Shown here in pieces: positions 62,312 to 64,000 of a stretch of DNA of 64,000 nucleotides (position 1 is its first letter; each line of letters opens with the position of its first letter). The stretch is from Botryllus schlosseri (Eukaryota), in NCBI GenBank assembly GCA_051294905.1, contig CM119371.1, forward strand, positions 34,536,001-34,600,000, in the 5' to 3' direction. The position numbers and the translations under genes are program-made. The notes beneath the pieces are model-generated. The model did no database searches, was not told where the DNA came from, and saw nothing but the letters and a program-made list of their open reading frames with translations.

Positions 62312-64000
62312 CTGTCAGCGAAACAGATGATAGAATGTGAAGCCTCAGAAAGTTATAACAAATTGATATACGCAACCCTCCCATACATCCATACGATGCA
62401 ATTTAAGCCTTAATGCAAACTATATAAGTCCGATTTCATTCGCAGCAAGAGGTTTGCCAAGGTACGCACTGAGTAGTCTAAAACACGGTTGCCAGACATA
62501 TGAGCATGCGACACAATTGAAAACGACGATTTAGCATGGGACACTAGCATGCGTCCTTTCAGCATGCGACTTTATAACGCAAAAACTAACCCAAACCCAA
62601 AGCATAACAATTTACCTTTATATAGGCTATATCGTAACCCCAAGCCTTATCCTAACCCAGCCGTAAATCCAGCCATAATCCACCCTAACCCGTAAATTTA
62701 CCGACATTATCATTTTTCGCATGCCCAATGATCGCATGCCGAAGTGTCGCATGATATAATGTCGCATGCTCACATGTCCACGGATAATATAACATATATT
62801 GATAGAATACTACCAGTTCATGAACACGTAAGCTCCAATCTCTTCGCTTGCGATCAATTAATTTTTGTCATATCGACGACGGCTCAGTACAACCAGGCTG
62901 TGTCATCATACAGGTCATGATATCGCGTTGATATGTGCAGCGACTTAGTCGACACCGATTACATTACTTGTTGACTTGAAATTGACTCTCAAATTTTGTT
63001 CGAGTCGCGAGTCAATCCATATTTCTACACCACCGAGTCGATCAAATTAAGCCATTTTTGCAAAGAGACCCGAGTAGAGTCAAAGCATCTGAAAAAGGTT
63101 ACTCGAGTCGTTCCAACACGCACCGAAGCACGACGAACATTATGCACTTCACTAAACTTCCTTAAAATTAAAATTCTTGTTGGTTCTTTGCGAAAACATC
63201 CCATAAATACTCTCTGCCTTAATCAGTCTCCCCCTCCCAGATTTGAAGAATATGTTACTTGTTTTTCACAAACTGTAAATAGCGAAAATAAAGTAAGTAG
63301 ATCACAAAATAGTACCAAGTAAAAGTAGAATCTGAAGAATACTTGAAATATTCTGGTTTGTGTGAACGCCAACCTTTTGATAGGTTCTATGTGCGCGCGA
63401 AAGCGATTTTGAGCACGAAACTTTGATGTCTTGTGAAGTCATATAGCAAATCCAAAAGCTATATCTCCATGAAGTAATATATCAATATACACAATACCTG
63501 GCAATGACTGATGCCACATTATGCCACGATGCTGAGGTACATGCCGAATTATTAAACAGCATCAAATATGTCAACTGTAACAATCAAACGCTATTATAAT
63601 TCAATAAAATCGATAGCAATTGAAAATCGATATTAGTCAGGCTATACCTCTAATTCGATCAAGACACACACAATGTATAAAGTGATACACAGAACAAAAT
63701 GCAATGTAATGAACAGATAGGAGAATGGCGAAACGACGCGCAGTTGCGGTGTCGGTATGTATGATCCACAGATCCAACACCAATGGTTTGCGGGTCTAAG
63801 TGCGACTGAGGTCGACTCCAGAATTCCTACCCAAGTGTAGGAGGTTTCTCTAGGTTCCTCCTCACCATTTCAATTGCTGGAAATTGTAATATAAGAAAAA
63901 GGTTCACGGTGAAGAACCTACAAGGTTCGCTTGCGAACGCGTACCTTTAAGTTTCTGAGACACACACAGAAGTGAACGTGGACGTCACGTTGACACAACC

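Overview
AT-rich, repeat-dense eukaryotic (animal, probably marine invertebrate) genomic DNA. Host genes: two paralogous single-exon 14-finger C2H2 zinc-finger genes (2723-3931, 33380-34591) inside a duplicated block; a GC-rich, short-intron C-type-lectin-like gene fragment (9766-10429); and exons of a probable secreted TSP1-repeat protein (signal-peptide exon at 44354, TSR exons near 60-61 kb). Most of the rest is mobile DNA. There are two full-length, related Ty3/Gypsy LTR retrotransposons (19616-24489, 52434-57186) and a Penelope-like element (RT + GIY-YIG) with a minimal hammerhead ribozyme, plus a solo copy of its 3' end. There are also a decayed Kolobok element (THAP + KolX remnants, TTAA TSD), a long-TIR ISL2EU-like element, hAT and Chapaev3-like transposase relics, tRNA-derived SINEs and over a dozen 8-bp-TSD hAT-type MITEs, many of them nested. 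The most notable signals are the DNA-contact-residue divergence between the effector-less ZF paralogues, the hammerhead motifs and the compositionally foreign lectin fragment. All calls were made by eye; no database searches were run.
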